Assembly: GCA_046050355.1 (NCBI GenBank)
Contig: JBJOPW010000001.1
Coordinates: 79,475-143,474 of the forward strand
Length of the DNA stretch: 64,000 nt
Source of the DNA: Candidatus Parcubacteria bacterium
Lineage (GTDB): Bacteria; Patescibacteriota; Minisyncoccia; Phycocordibacterales; UBA918
Direction: 5' to 3'
In this document: positions 54,933 through 63,684 of the stretch, piece by piece
Layout: every line of letters starts with the position of its first letter
How positions within the stretch are numbered: position 1 is the first letter of the stretch
Made by a program: the position numbers and the translations under genes
Notes under the pieces: generated by a model
What the model saw: the letters and a program-made list of their open reading frames with translations, nothing else
Told to the model about the DNA's origin: nothing
Databases searched by the model: none

Positions 54933-56195
54933 TTAGGCACGTACTGTCTGGAGTGATTGCCAATCAGTCGTATAGGCTGGTGACCGGAGAGCATTTTTAG
55001 TCTGCCAGGTTGGTGTCTTCGTGAACATCCCTTGCTTCACCGTATCGCGACCAAAACGTTTATTGAGGCTATCAACCACACCATCAATCACTTTTGCAGC
55101 CACATTGTTAGTTCCCTCCAGTGGCGAAAAAAGACTCTCTGGTACAAACTGAGCTGGTACTAAGTCAAAGGCCACCACACCAGTTTTGGCATACGGTACA
55201 CCACGGCGATACAGCTGTTTGAGGGCGACAATCGCCTCTTCAAGGACCGTAGCGGTGGTAGCGGTGGGAAGGGTAAATATAACCCCCTGACTCCCCCCAT
55301 ATCCGCGCCAATCACCATGTCGTGACGTATAGAGCATCACCTGAATACCTCCCGCGAGGAGGCTTTGTTCGCGCAATTCCTCACAGACAAAGCGCACATG
55401 GTAGGACAAAGCGTCGGTGATAGCCGAAAGATCGTTGGTCTTTTCACCAAAGGACCGGGTGGACATCACCGACTTAGGGATTGTCATAGAGCGCGTTACT
55501 GAGTAGACGGACTGCCCGGAGAGCTCAGCTTGTAACTGTACGCCATTTTTGTGAAAGAGTTTTGTGATACGGGGCGTCGGAGCAGCGAGCAAGTCATTGA
55601 TGGTATAAAGCTTAGCCTCATTATATGCCACCACCAGCTGACGCCCTACCCCCCAGATATCACCAAGCGATGTCTCGCCGAATTCAGCCACAAAATCTTC
55701 GCCCACGAAGACGCCGATCCCACCATTGCGCTTGGCGTAGGCATTCACCCGCTTGGCCCGGGTCTTGGTATCAGAGACACCAATTGATACGGGGATACCG
55801 ACCTGCCGTTCGACTGTCTCTTTGAGCCCACGCACATAAGTAGCTGCTTCACTGTCGCTCGTAGCTGGTATCACAAAAAATGCTTCATCGATAGAATACT
55901 GTTCTATTTCGCCACAATATTTTTTTACTACCGAAAACACCCGACGTGAGATATCACGATAGAGCGCAAAATGTGAAGAAAAGCAGACGCCACCTATGTC
56001 TTTTAGTATGTCTTTTACCTCGAAATAAGGGACACCCATCGGGATGCCACTGTCCTTTATCTCTTGCGAGCGGGCGACTACGCAACCATCGTTACTCGAC
56101 AGCACGACGACCGGCTTTCCGACCAAATCAGGGCGAAACAGCCGCTCACAGGAGACAAAGAAGTTGTTGCAATCAAGGACCGCGAGATACGCCAT
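54933..56195 (-). CDS. umuC: Y-family DNA polymerase V catalytic subunit
   Basis: LDCNNFFVSCER, VVVLSSNDGCVVARS, YSIDEAF, C-terminal SPAYTTDW; start at ATG 56195 after TGgTATAAT-AGGAG. Confidence 0.93.
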   Translation of the reverse strand: MAYLAVLDCNNFFVSCERLFRPDLVGKPVVVLSSNDGCVVARSQEIKDSGIPMGVPYFEVKDILKDIGGVCFSSHFALYRDISRRVFSVVKKYCGEIEQYSIDEAFFVIPATSDSEAATYVRGLKETVERQVGIPVSIGVSDTKTRAKRVNAYAKRNGGIGVFVGEDFVAEFGETSLGDIWGVGRQLVVAYNEAKLYTINDLLAAPTPRITKLFHKNGVQLQAELSGQSVYSVTRSMTIPKSVMSTRSFGEKTNDLSAITDALSYHVRFVCEELREQSLLAGGIQVMLYTSRHGDWRGYGGSQGVIFTLPTATTATVLEEAIVALKQLYRRGVPYAKTGVVAFDLVPAQFVPESLFSPLEGTNNVAAKVIDGVVDSLNKRFGRDTVKQGMFTKTPTWQTKNALRSPAYTTDWQSLQTVRA

Positions 56196-56210
56196 GATTC
56201 TCCTATTATA

Positions 56211-56245
56211 CCAAAAACCCCCAGCCATAGGCTGGGGGTTTTTGG
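56211..56245. terminator. Bidirectional intrinsic terminator abutting the umuC promoter
   Basis: CCAAAAACCCCCAGCC-ATA-GGCTGGGGGTTTTTGG, a perfect 16-bp stem. Confidence 0.85.
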
Positions 56246-56310
56246 ACCTCCATTCTTCATTTCTGTGAGATAGTTGATTTTGAACTTCTACGAATAATCT
56301 ATCCGTAACA

Positions 56311-56440
56311 TTTTAAACTCTGCAGATGACTCCAGCTACGAGGCGACAAGGAATGAAATTGCGAGGCGTACTTGGTGGTACGGTGAGAAATTTAATGACG
56401 CAGTCAACAAAGTAGCTGGGGTTAGCTGGTGAGTTTAAAA
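56311..56440 (+). repeat. Structured ~125-nt dispersed repeat, copy B
   Basis: TTTTAAACTC...CCAGCTAC / GTAGCTGG...GAGTTTAAAA outer stem; core CGAGGCG...GAGGCGTAC-loop-GTACGGTGA...CAACAAAG; overlaps the GH18 stop codon. Confidence 0.8.
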
Positions 56441-57637
56441 TAGTTTCCAGATATTCTTATCTTCTTCACCGTCTATTTTAAACAGTACCGTGCCGCGAAG
56501 TTTGTATTTATTAGCCAGCGCGAGTTTCTCCTCTATGGCCTTGGCATCACTATAGGTAATAAAGCGGACACTAACAGTCTCCCCCGTCTTATTGGCATAA
56601 GCAAGCGCTTTTGCTGCGGCTTCCATCCCCTTTGGAGTACCTTTTGGGAGCTTCTGCTTGTTGAGCTTTTCCCAGGTGGTATCTTCGGGGAAATAACTCA
56701 TGACAGCTTCCCCACCGACACTTCGTCCAATTGGCGTTTTATAAATTTTCTTTGAAAGTTCCATAATACGCGGTGGATTGAGTGTCGCTACTCGGGTATA
56801 GTCACTAAACCAGTCTGGCTGCACCGTCACATCCCAGGCCCGACCGTAGGTTGCTACACCCACGAGCACCTTATCTTTTGGAAAATCTTCAAGAGCGAGT
56901 TTTACCACCTTTTCTACCCACTCCTTGTCTGCTACCGGGGCATAGGGGTAACCGGTACGCTTTTTATTGAGCGTCAGGTCTGCCCGCTGCTGATCGTAGG
57001 TCATGAGTTCGATACGATCACAGTGCTTGGCAATTTCTTTGTAATCATTGGCGTAATTGAGGGGATTCGGCACATTCACGTAGAGGTCTTTGGCTGGTGT
57101 CCGAGCTTCTACCGTACAAGTCAAATGTTTGCCTTTAAGAGCACTTTTGAGGTCTTTGAGGAAGAGAGAGAAATAGTCCTTGGTTTCACTATTTTTGTCC
57201 TCGTAGTCGATATTGATACCGTCAAACTTCCCTTTCTCCACAATCCGCACAATTGATTCGATCTGCTCGTTACGGAACTTGTCGTTACTCAAAATGGGGT
57301 GAATTTGATCACCGTCAAACCACGCTACCGTGGGGATAATCTCAACTTTATTCTTACGGGCAGTTTTAAAAAATGCCTGCCACTGCCGTTCGTCGAGATT
57401 GGCTTTATCGATGATACTGCCGGCCGCGTCTACCTCATAGACAAACGGGTAGACGGTATCGAGCTTTTTGATATTTTTGGTAGCGCTTTTGATACCTTCG
57501 GTATCACTCCACCACGGTATCCACCCACCGACCTCACCTTCATAGGTGGCCGCTAGAGCAACTCCTGGAGCCGCTATGGCACCAACAAATAACATGGCGA
57601 ATAATACCCCTTTACTGATAGATTTTGATTGTGTCAT
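56435..57637 (-). CDS. Secreted glycoside hydrolase family 18 protein
   Basis: Signal peptide; FDGINIDYE catalytic motif, LMTYDQ, GVATYGRAW, KYKLRG. Confidence 0.88.
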   Translation of the reverse strand: MTQSKSISKGVLFAMLFVGAIAAPGVALAATYEGEVGGWIPWWSDTEGIKSATKNIKKLDTVYPFVYEVDAAGSIIDKANLDERQWQAFFKTARKNKVEIIPTVAWFDGDQIHPILSNDKFRNEQIESIVRIVEKGKFDGINIDYEDKNSETKDYFSLFLKDLKSALKGKHLTCTVEARTPAKDLYVNVPNPLNYANDYKEIAKHCDRIELMTYDQQRADLTLNKKRTGYPYAPVADKEWVEKVVKLALEDFPKDKVLVGVATYGRAWDVTVQPDWFSDYTRVATLNPPRIMELSKKIYKTPIGRSVGGEAVMSYFPEDTTWEKLNKQKLPKGTPKGMEAAAKALAYANKTGETVSVRFITYSDAKAIEEKLALANKYKLRGTVLFKIDGEEDKNIWKLF

Positions 57638-57919
57638 AGTCCTTGTGACGAAATGAGAGCGCCATTCTTACGAGTAACTTCTATACTGTACCGTGAGTAA
57701 TAATACATAGCAACCGAAGGAGTTCCTTGTGCGCTTCAACCTTGTACTTCATCTGCGAGCGATGCGCCTCATTCGCTTGCGCCGGCGCCATGTTGCGCAA
57801 GGAAGTGGCAGTCACCTCCTACGCTACAGCGCCGCGCTAGCTATCGTTCGCGAAGCCAGCAACTATCGCTACAAACCAATGTGATTCCGCACCCGTGCGG
57901 AATCACACCACGACAGAGC

Positions 57920-57951
57920 GCCCGAACCTCCTTAGGTTCGGGCATGTTTTT
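57920..57951 (+). terminator. Plus-strand intrinsic terminator-like hairpin
   Basis: GCCCGAACCT-CCTT-AGGTTCGGGC followed by ATGTTTTT; no credible plus-strand CDS upstream. Confidence 0.55.
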
Positions 57952-57970
57952 GCGAAGCTAAGTATAATCC

Positions 57971-57998
57971 TTGACTTTTTTTTAAAGTCAGGTACACT
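57971..57998 (+). promoter_or_regulatory. Sigma70-type promoter pointing antisense into the NYN gene
   Basis: TTGACT-N16-TACACT, with the inverted repeat TGACTTT-N5-AAAGTCA over the -35. Confidence 0.5.
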
Positions 57999-58052
57999 TA
58001 CATCATCACGACGAAAAGGGGCCCAAACGGTTAATTGCCTAAGGCCCCCTTT

Positions 58053-58556
58053 TCATTTCTCGATTTTCTTTCGGATATCAACCTTACCAATATCATCGAA
58101 ATACTGTCTGGTAATTTGCTTATAGAGAGATGAAGCGCGTTTGCCATCCGGAAAAAGTATCTTCCTCAACCTCCCTTCTTCAATGAGGAAGTCAACAAGC
58201 ATTTTATAATCTCCGTCACCAGAAACCAGTACTACTTGATCAAAGTTTTCTTTTTTGTATAAACGTTTCATTATTGAAAAGATAATATCTGAGTCGACAT
58301 TTCCTTTCTTGGTACCAAGCATAGCGGAATTATGCTCACGAAATACAAGAATAAAACCAGCCGACTGTATCTCTTCATATAATCTCTGATACACATCATC
58401 ATTTTGTACGTAACCGAGATAATAATAGGCACGATCAACATGATACAAGTCTCGTAAATAAACTCGAAAGCGCACCGAGCTGACTTGCCAAGGAACAGCT
58501 GAGCGTGTTGTTCCCATAAATAAATTTTGCCCATCTATATACGCAATATTTTTCAT
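58053..58556 (-). CDS. NYN/LabA (DUF88) PIN-like ribonuclease
   Basis: AYIDGQNL, KKGNVDSD, LVSGDGDY; likely start is the ATG at 58556. Confidence 0.9.
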   Translation of the reverse strand: MKNIAYIDGQNLFMGTTRSAVPWQVSSVRFRVYLRDLYHVDRAYYYLGYVQNDDVYQRLYEEIQSAGFILVFREHNSAMLGTKKGNVDSDIIFSIMKRLYKKENFDQVVLVSGDGDYKMLVDFLIEEGRLRKILFPDGKRASSLYKQITRQYFDDIGKVDIRKKIEK

Positions 58557-58564
58557 GGAAGATA

Positions 58565-59002
58565 TCAAAACTGGCGAATACTGCCAGTCACTACCCCCCA
58601 CACCGTACAACCGGTCTCAGGACTAATAACAATCGGTGCGTACGCAGCATTTTCAGACACAAGGAACATCTCCCTACTCGTTATCCGCACCCGCTTCACG
58701 ACGAGACCCCCATCGACGACCGCCACCACAATACTGCCATTTTTTGGTTCGACGCTGCGATCAATGACGAGCACATCCCCCGAAAAAATGCCGGCCCCTT
58801 CCATCGAATCGCCTTCGACTCGAACAAAAAAAGTGCTTTCTGGGTGTTTGACGAGAAGATCGTGGACATTAAGTTCGTCCCGCACCAGATCATCACCTGG
58901 TGCAGGAAAGCCTGCTTGCGGTGAGGCGGCAAACATCTGCACTGCTACAGAATCTGTTTGTTGCACCCGACTGGTACTGATTACCCGCGTGTGTTCGGTC
59001 AT
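58565..59002 (-). CDS. umuD: UmuD-like S24 peptidase (polymerase V accessory subunit)
   Basis: AGFPAPG cleavage region, TFFVRVEGDSM, GDVLVIDRS, VVKR, VWGVVT; no HTH domain. Confidence 0.9.
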   Translation of the reverse strand: MTEHTRVISTSRVQQTDSVAVQMFAASPQAGFPAPGDDLVRDELNVHDLLVKHPESTFFVRVEGDSMEGAGIFSGDVLVIDRSVEPKNGSIVVAVVDGGLVVKRVRITSREMFLVSENAAYAPIVISPETGCTVWGVVTGSIRQF

Positions 59003-59003
59003 A

Positions 59004-60128
59004 TTACGTTACCAAAACACCACCAGTCACGAGCGTATGTACGTAAAACAGCGTCGCCATCATACACAGTAGCAGTACGCCATACACCACTTGCAGTGGT
59101 CGCTGTTCACGCCACTCGATCGCTACCGACGTAATCAAAGCCACTATCACTAAAAGTCCAAGCACCCAGTACACCCGCTGCATCATGGTTGATGGGCTGG
59201 TGGTTATCATGGCTAGTTCGGTGACCGGGGCTGGACTCGGTGTAGAGAAGGTCGTATCAATTGGCGCCTCAACTAGATCAGAAGTGGTAGTAATGGTGTC
59301 ACTGTATACCACGACACCATGATCCTCAATCGTGGTGGCGGCGACACGCACCGGCTCTGTGATCGGCGGTTCAATATCAGGTGTACGGAGAACCGCTGGC
59401 TCCGTAACCGGGACCGCTGGAGTCTCTAGGGACTCAGAGGAGGTCTCAATACCGGCCACTACCGGCTCCTCTGGTGTCACCACGCGTGGCAAAAGCGCTA
59501 CTTCTGGCGCAAGGGGAGTCGGAGCCACTGCCACCGGCGTAACCGACTCGTCAGCCTCGGGAATCACACCAGGAGTACCAAATAGCTGCACCACAAACAC
59601 CGTATCAAAGCCCTGATAACGGCCGCGAGCCGTACCTACACCGATCTCACGGTAATTTTGGTTCACAATATTGGCCCGGTGGGTTGGTGACAACATCCAC
59701 GCTTCGACCACTTCTTTGGAGTCAGTGAAGTGAACAGCAAGATTCTCACCGGCATGCACGTAGGCATACCCAGCTTCATTAAACCAATACCATGGTGATA
59801 TACCATCAGGACTATAGTGAGCAAAATAACTATTTTTTGCCATATCTTCCGCCTTAAGACGTGCAGCAGTATCAAGAGCGGTATTACGCACGAGAGCAGA
59901 CAGAGCCAAATCTTCTCGTTCCTTGTTGGTTTTCTCAACCACTACCGCTGGCAGTACGGCACTCGTGAGCCATACCGACTGCTGCCACAGTAGCGCATAG
60001 ACATTAGTCATGGTGAAAGTGAGCAGAGCCAAGCCACCCATCACCAAAATGGCGGTTCGTTGCAACAAATCGGGAGTAAAGTCATTGCTCGTATGTGGCA
60101 TAAACCACCGCCACAGCTTTTCTTTCAT
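59004..60128 (-). CDS. CAP/SCP-domain membrane protein with Pro/Thr stalk
   Basis: AARLKAEDM...YFAHYSPDG, AGENLA, WMLSPTHRANI, VVQLFG; two C-terminal TMs; TGgTATACT 6 nt before the ATG at 60128. Confidence 0.9.
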   Translation of the reverse strand: MKEKLWRWFMPHTSNDFTPDLLQRTAILVMGGLALLTFTMTNVYALLWQQSVWLTSAVLPAVVVEKTNKEREDLALSALVRNTALDTAARLKAEDMAKNSYFAHYSPDGISPWYWFNEAGYAYVHAGENLAVHFTDSKEVVEAWMLSPTHRANIVNQNYREIGVGTARGRYQGFDTVFVVQLFGTPGVIPEADESVTPVAVAPTPLAPEVALLPRVVTPEEPVVAGIETSSESLETPAVPVTEPAVLRTPDIEPPITEPVRVAATTIEDHGVVVYSDTITTTSDLVEAPIDTTFSTPSPAPVTELAMITTSPSTMMQRVYWVLGLLVIVALITSVAIEWREQRPLQVVYGVLLLCMMATLFYVHTLVTGGVLVT

Positions 60129-60221
60129 ACCTCTAGTATACCAGACAGTCATAACCGTCCATAGGTGTCTGACGAAATAATTCCCAGACCTCAGTAAATG
60201 TGCTTTAATTGGTCAGCTTTT

Positions 60222-61280
60222 ATGAAAATCTGCTTCTTAGGAACGTATGACCCCGACTACCCTCGTAATAAGATACTCATTGATGGACTTCGTCAAAACG
60301 GCATTGAGGTAGTCGAATGTAATATTAAAGGTGGTGGCTATTTCATCTACTTCCCGTTGATCAAAAAGTTTTTGACGACAAAACGAGACTACGATTATGT
60401 CTTTTGTGCATTTCCGGTACATTTGTCGATTTTTTTAGCACTGTGGGGACGCAAACCGATCATTGCTGATGCCCTTATCTCACTCTACGACACAGCGGTA
60501 CGTGATCGACAGCTTTATGCTTGGTGGAATCCGTTTGCGCTAGCACTCTACGCACTTGATATCCTGACGGTTAAAATCGCTCACCATGTCACCGTCGACA
60601 CTATCGAACATAAGACTTATTTTGCAAAGTGGTGCAATCCAAAAGACATCACCGTGATTCCCCTTGGCGTCCATAGTAAAGAATTTTTTGTGGTGCCCAC
60701 AGCCAAGAAACCAATGGAAGAATTTTTGGTGCAATTTCATGGTGGCTATATTCCGCTACAAGGTATTGATAAAATTGTGGAAGCGGCTAGAATCCTCAAA
60801 GACGACCAGAGTATCCATTTTCGTCTCGTTGGTGGTGGTCAACAATACGACGAGATAACAGCTCGTATTACTGAGTATCAGCTCACAAATATTACACTCG
60901 TCCCTTGGCAAACGGTACCAAGTCTCAATGTTATGTTGAGTGAAGCAGATGTGATATTTGGAGTGTTTGGCGATTCAGAGAAAACCAATCGGGTAATTCC
61001 AAACAAAATCTTTCAAGGCCTTGCCGTCGGTAAGCCGGTGATCACCAAAAACACCGGTTCGGTACGGGCACTATTTTCGGACGATGACCTTGTGCTAGTA
61101 GAAAATACACCAGAAGCTATCGCTATGGCGATCGTCAAATTAAAAGATAACCCGGTCTGGCGCCAGCAGTTGTCTCTAAATGGCAAAGAGAAAATCGCTA
61201 CATCATACCGAGAAGTGAAAATTGCCAAAAAACTCGTCGATGCTATTACAGCAGAACTTTTACCACAAACAACCACCTAG
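60222..61280 (+). CDS. GT4-family glycosyltransferase
   Basis: GTYDPDYPRN, FHGGYIPLQG, GVFG...VIPNKIFQGLAVGKPVIT. Confidence 0.88.
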   Translation: MKICFLGTYDPDYPRNKILIDGLRQNGIEVVECNIKGGGYFIYFPLIKKFLTTKRDYDYVFCAFPVHLSIFLALWGRKPIIADALISLYDTAVRDRQLYAWWNPFALALYALDILTVKIAHHVTVDTIEHKTYFAKWCNPKDITVIPLGVHSKEFFVVPTAKKPMEEFLVQFHGGYIPLQGIDKIVEAARILKDDQSIHFRLVGGGQQYDEITARITEYQLTNITLVPWQTVPSLNVMLSEADVIFGVFGDSEKTNRVIPNKIFQGLAVGKPVITKNTGSVRALFSDDDLVLVENTPEAIAMAIVKLKDNPVWRQQLSLNGKEKIATSYREVKIAKKLVDAITAELLPQTTT

Positions 61281-61353
61281 CCGTAAGCGACTCCTGATAG
61301 AGGTAATATTCCTCCGCTTGAAACAATTACCGATAAATACAACTGGTTCTATC

Positions 61354-61382
61354 TTGACATATAATAATATATATTATACAGT
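61354..61382 (+). promoter_or_regulatory. Sigma70-type promoter
   Basis: TTGACA-N17-TACAGT upstream of the ATG at 61405. Confidence 0.6.
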
Positions 61383-61404
61383 AACAAAATACCCAAATCG
61401 GTGT

Positions 61405-62273
61405 ATGTCACTCAAAAAAAGTATCAATAGCAGTATCAAATACGTGATTGGCCTCACTGGTCAAAAGACGGCTATTCGTTTACGTTATCTCCATGTCTTT
61501 GGTCACCTGCCCAATCTCAAAAATCCGAAGACTTTTAATGAAAAAATAAACGCCTATAAGTTTTGCAATAATTACAACTTTGAACGTTACGCTGACAAAA
61601 TACTCGTTAAAGACTACATTCGCGAAAAGATCGGTGAACAGTACCTCATCAAGACATTGTTTGCTGGACCTGAACTACCCCTCGCTCGGAACGTACCTGG
61701 CCAATACCCTACGCTATAAAAATGAATCACTGTTGCGGTTGGAATATTTTTGTACGCAATAAAAACGAACAGAATTGGCTACAAATTGAAAAGAAACTTG
61801 CCTTCTGGAAAAAGAAGGTGTTTGGGTATGACACCGGCGAACCCCATTACGCAAAAATAACACCGCGGGTTTTGGTTGAAGAATTTTTGACCGATGACGG
61901 TTATGCATCACCAAATGACTTCAAGCTATTTGTTATGAATGGTAAAGCGCAATTCATTCAAGTCGATGTCGATCGAGAATTTGACCACAAAGAATGCTTC
62001 TATGATACTAATTGGCAACTATTACCATTTACTATCGGAAATCCGAAACCCTCAGGTCTCACAATACCACGTCCAGACAATCTCAAAACACTGGTTTGTC
62101 TCGCAGAGACTATCGGGGCTGACTTCCCGTTTGTTCGTGTAGACTTTTATAATTTGAATGGGCGTATCTTCTTTGGGGAACTGACGTTTTTCCCATCAGC
62201 TGGCTTTACTCCATTTTATCCGGACCATTTTGATAGCTACTACGGAGATATACTTACTCTACTTCGTATTTAA
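61405..62273 (+). pseudogene. TupA-like ATP-grasp protein, frameshifted
   Basis: NLKNPKTFNEKI...YADK..VKDY in one frame; KMNH...VEEFL...DFKLF...FVRVDFY...FGELTFFP in another. Adding one C to the C4 run at 61678-61681 restores LPPRSERTWPIPY, matching the paralog's LPPRAERTWALPY. Confidence 0.85.
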
Positions 62274-63575
62274 GAGAGTGTTATGCGCTGCTTTATACTT
62301 GTTATCTGATGTAATGAGACCAAAATGTCCTTCTGGGTCGGTACTTTTTGAGTTAATATCGATGAGTGAATACCAAAATACCGGTCCTAGCCAGCGGGTA
62401 ATTTTATTACTTTCAGATATAACGGCCGCTATTGTTTCCGCCTGGGCGTTTTGTGTGAGGTAATCACTACCGTGGTTAAAATTGAGAACTCCAAGTTCAC
62501 GACCAATACCTGAACCACCAGTTGGTGCACCAATCTCGGTAATCCAGACTTTCTTAGCTGCGTCACCGTTTTTGTTCATCAGGTCATAAATCTTGTACAT
62601 TTGGTACCAGTGATTCCAAGGTAAAGTACTGGCCGGGGAGAGCGCATAGGTGTACGGGTGATGGCCAATCGCGTCAAAACTCCCTTTACCACCGGCTGCG
62701 TACATATCTTTGAGGAAGACCAGCGGGTCAACCGTGGTCCCACTACTCGTGACCGGACTAAGACCACCAGTAATCACAATCGCTCCTGGTTGTGCTGTTT
62801 TAATTGCTGCATAGCCAGCTTTAAGTACAGCGGTGTATTCAGTCCCATTGGCTTTTGGCGACCAGAAGTAATCCATATTAGGTTCATTCCAGATTTCCCA
62901 GGCAGTGATGTTGTTCTTGTAACGAGTAGCTGCAACACCTGCAAAAGTGGCAAATGAGGTCGGGTCCTTTGGTGCACAATTTTGCCCCATAACACAGCCG
63001 TCCTTTGCGGCCCAACTAGGTGAATAAGCGAGAATAGCTAGCATATTCATACCGTATTCATTGCCTAACTTCACGATGCGATCAATTTCGGTCCAGTTGT
63101 AAGATGTAGGTCCATTATGTTGTACTCCTGACCAGTTAATATCAAAGCGCACCCATGTCATTCCTAGTTTCTTCATCTCGGAAAAGTAGTTACGGATTTG
63201 TGCTTCCGTCATAGTTGAAAGGACGTATCCCGCTGCGATTCCTGTAACTATCTTTTGTCCTGGAGCTGGTGCGCTAGCTGACGAAGTAGTGGCCGTAGAT
63301 GTAGTAGCAGGTTTTGTAGTGGTCGCAATGGCTGTCGTTGGAGCTGTAACAGTCGTTCGAGTACGGCGATATTTTGCACGTGAGGTCGCGGCTTCCTGAT
63401 CTTCTATAGTTTCTGGAGCAAAAATTTCTTCAGTGACTACTGGTGCTGGTTCAGCGTAACGTTCGACCAAATTAACATTAACTCGCCAGGCATCATAGAG
63501 ACAAACACAAAAGACAACGGCGACAGCAAAGATAATAACTGCAGCAATCTGTAAAATAATGACTGGTATTTTCAT
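62259..63575 (-). CDS. Membrane-anchored clan-A glycoside hydrolase (GH5/GH39-like) on a Thr-rich stalk
   Basis: WVRFDINW, WEIWNEPN (acid/base), HHPY, VWITEIG (nucleophile), FGL; N-terminal TM. Confidence 0.85.
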   Translation of the reverse strand: MKIPVIILQIAAVIIFAVAVVFCVCLYDAWRVNVNLVERYAEPAPVVTEEIFAPETIEDQEAATSRAKYRRTRTTVTAPTTAIATTTKPATTSTATTSSASAPAPGQKIVTGIAAGYVLSTMTEAQIRNYFSEMKKLGMTWVRFDINWSGVQHNGPTSYNWTEIDRIVKLGNEYGMNMLAILAYSPSWAAKDGCVMGQNCAPKDPTSFATFAGVAATRYKNNITAWEIWNEPNMDYFWSPKANGTEYTAVLKAGYAAIKTAQPGAIVITGGLSPVTSSGTTVDPLVFLKDMYAAGGKGSFDAIGHHPYTYALSPASTLPWNHWYQMYKIYDLMNKNGDAAKKVWITEIGAPTGGSGIGRELGVLNFNHGSDYLTQNAQAETIAAVISESNKITRWLGPVFWYSLIDINSKSTDPEGHFGLITSDNKYKAAHNTLLNTK

Positions 63576-63640
63576 AAGAATTACTTATCAGTATAGCAAA
63601 TTAACTTACTTGATAGTGCAAAATAAACTCACGATGACTA

Positions 63641-63668
63641 TTGACTTTGGTATAAAATAATTTATAAT
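63641..63668 (+). promoter_or_regulatory. Sigma70-type promoter
   Basis: TTGACT-N16-TATAAT, divergent from a TGcTATACT box for the hydrolase gene. Confidence 0.65.
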
Positions 63669-63684
63669 GTTAGAAATTACCGTT

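Noticed and set aside
12832-56440. Integron attC sites
   Set aside because: The elements sit at gene ends but lack consistent RYYYAAC/GTTRRRY ends; there is no integrase or cassette array.
58565-59002. LexA repressor
   Set aside because: 145 aa with no N-terminal HTH; fits UmuD.
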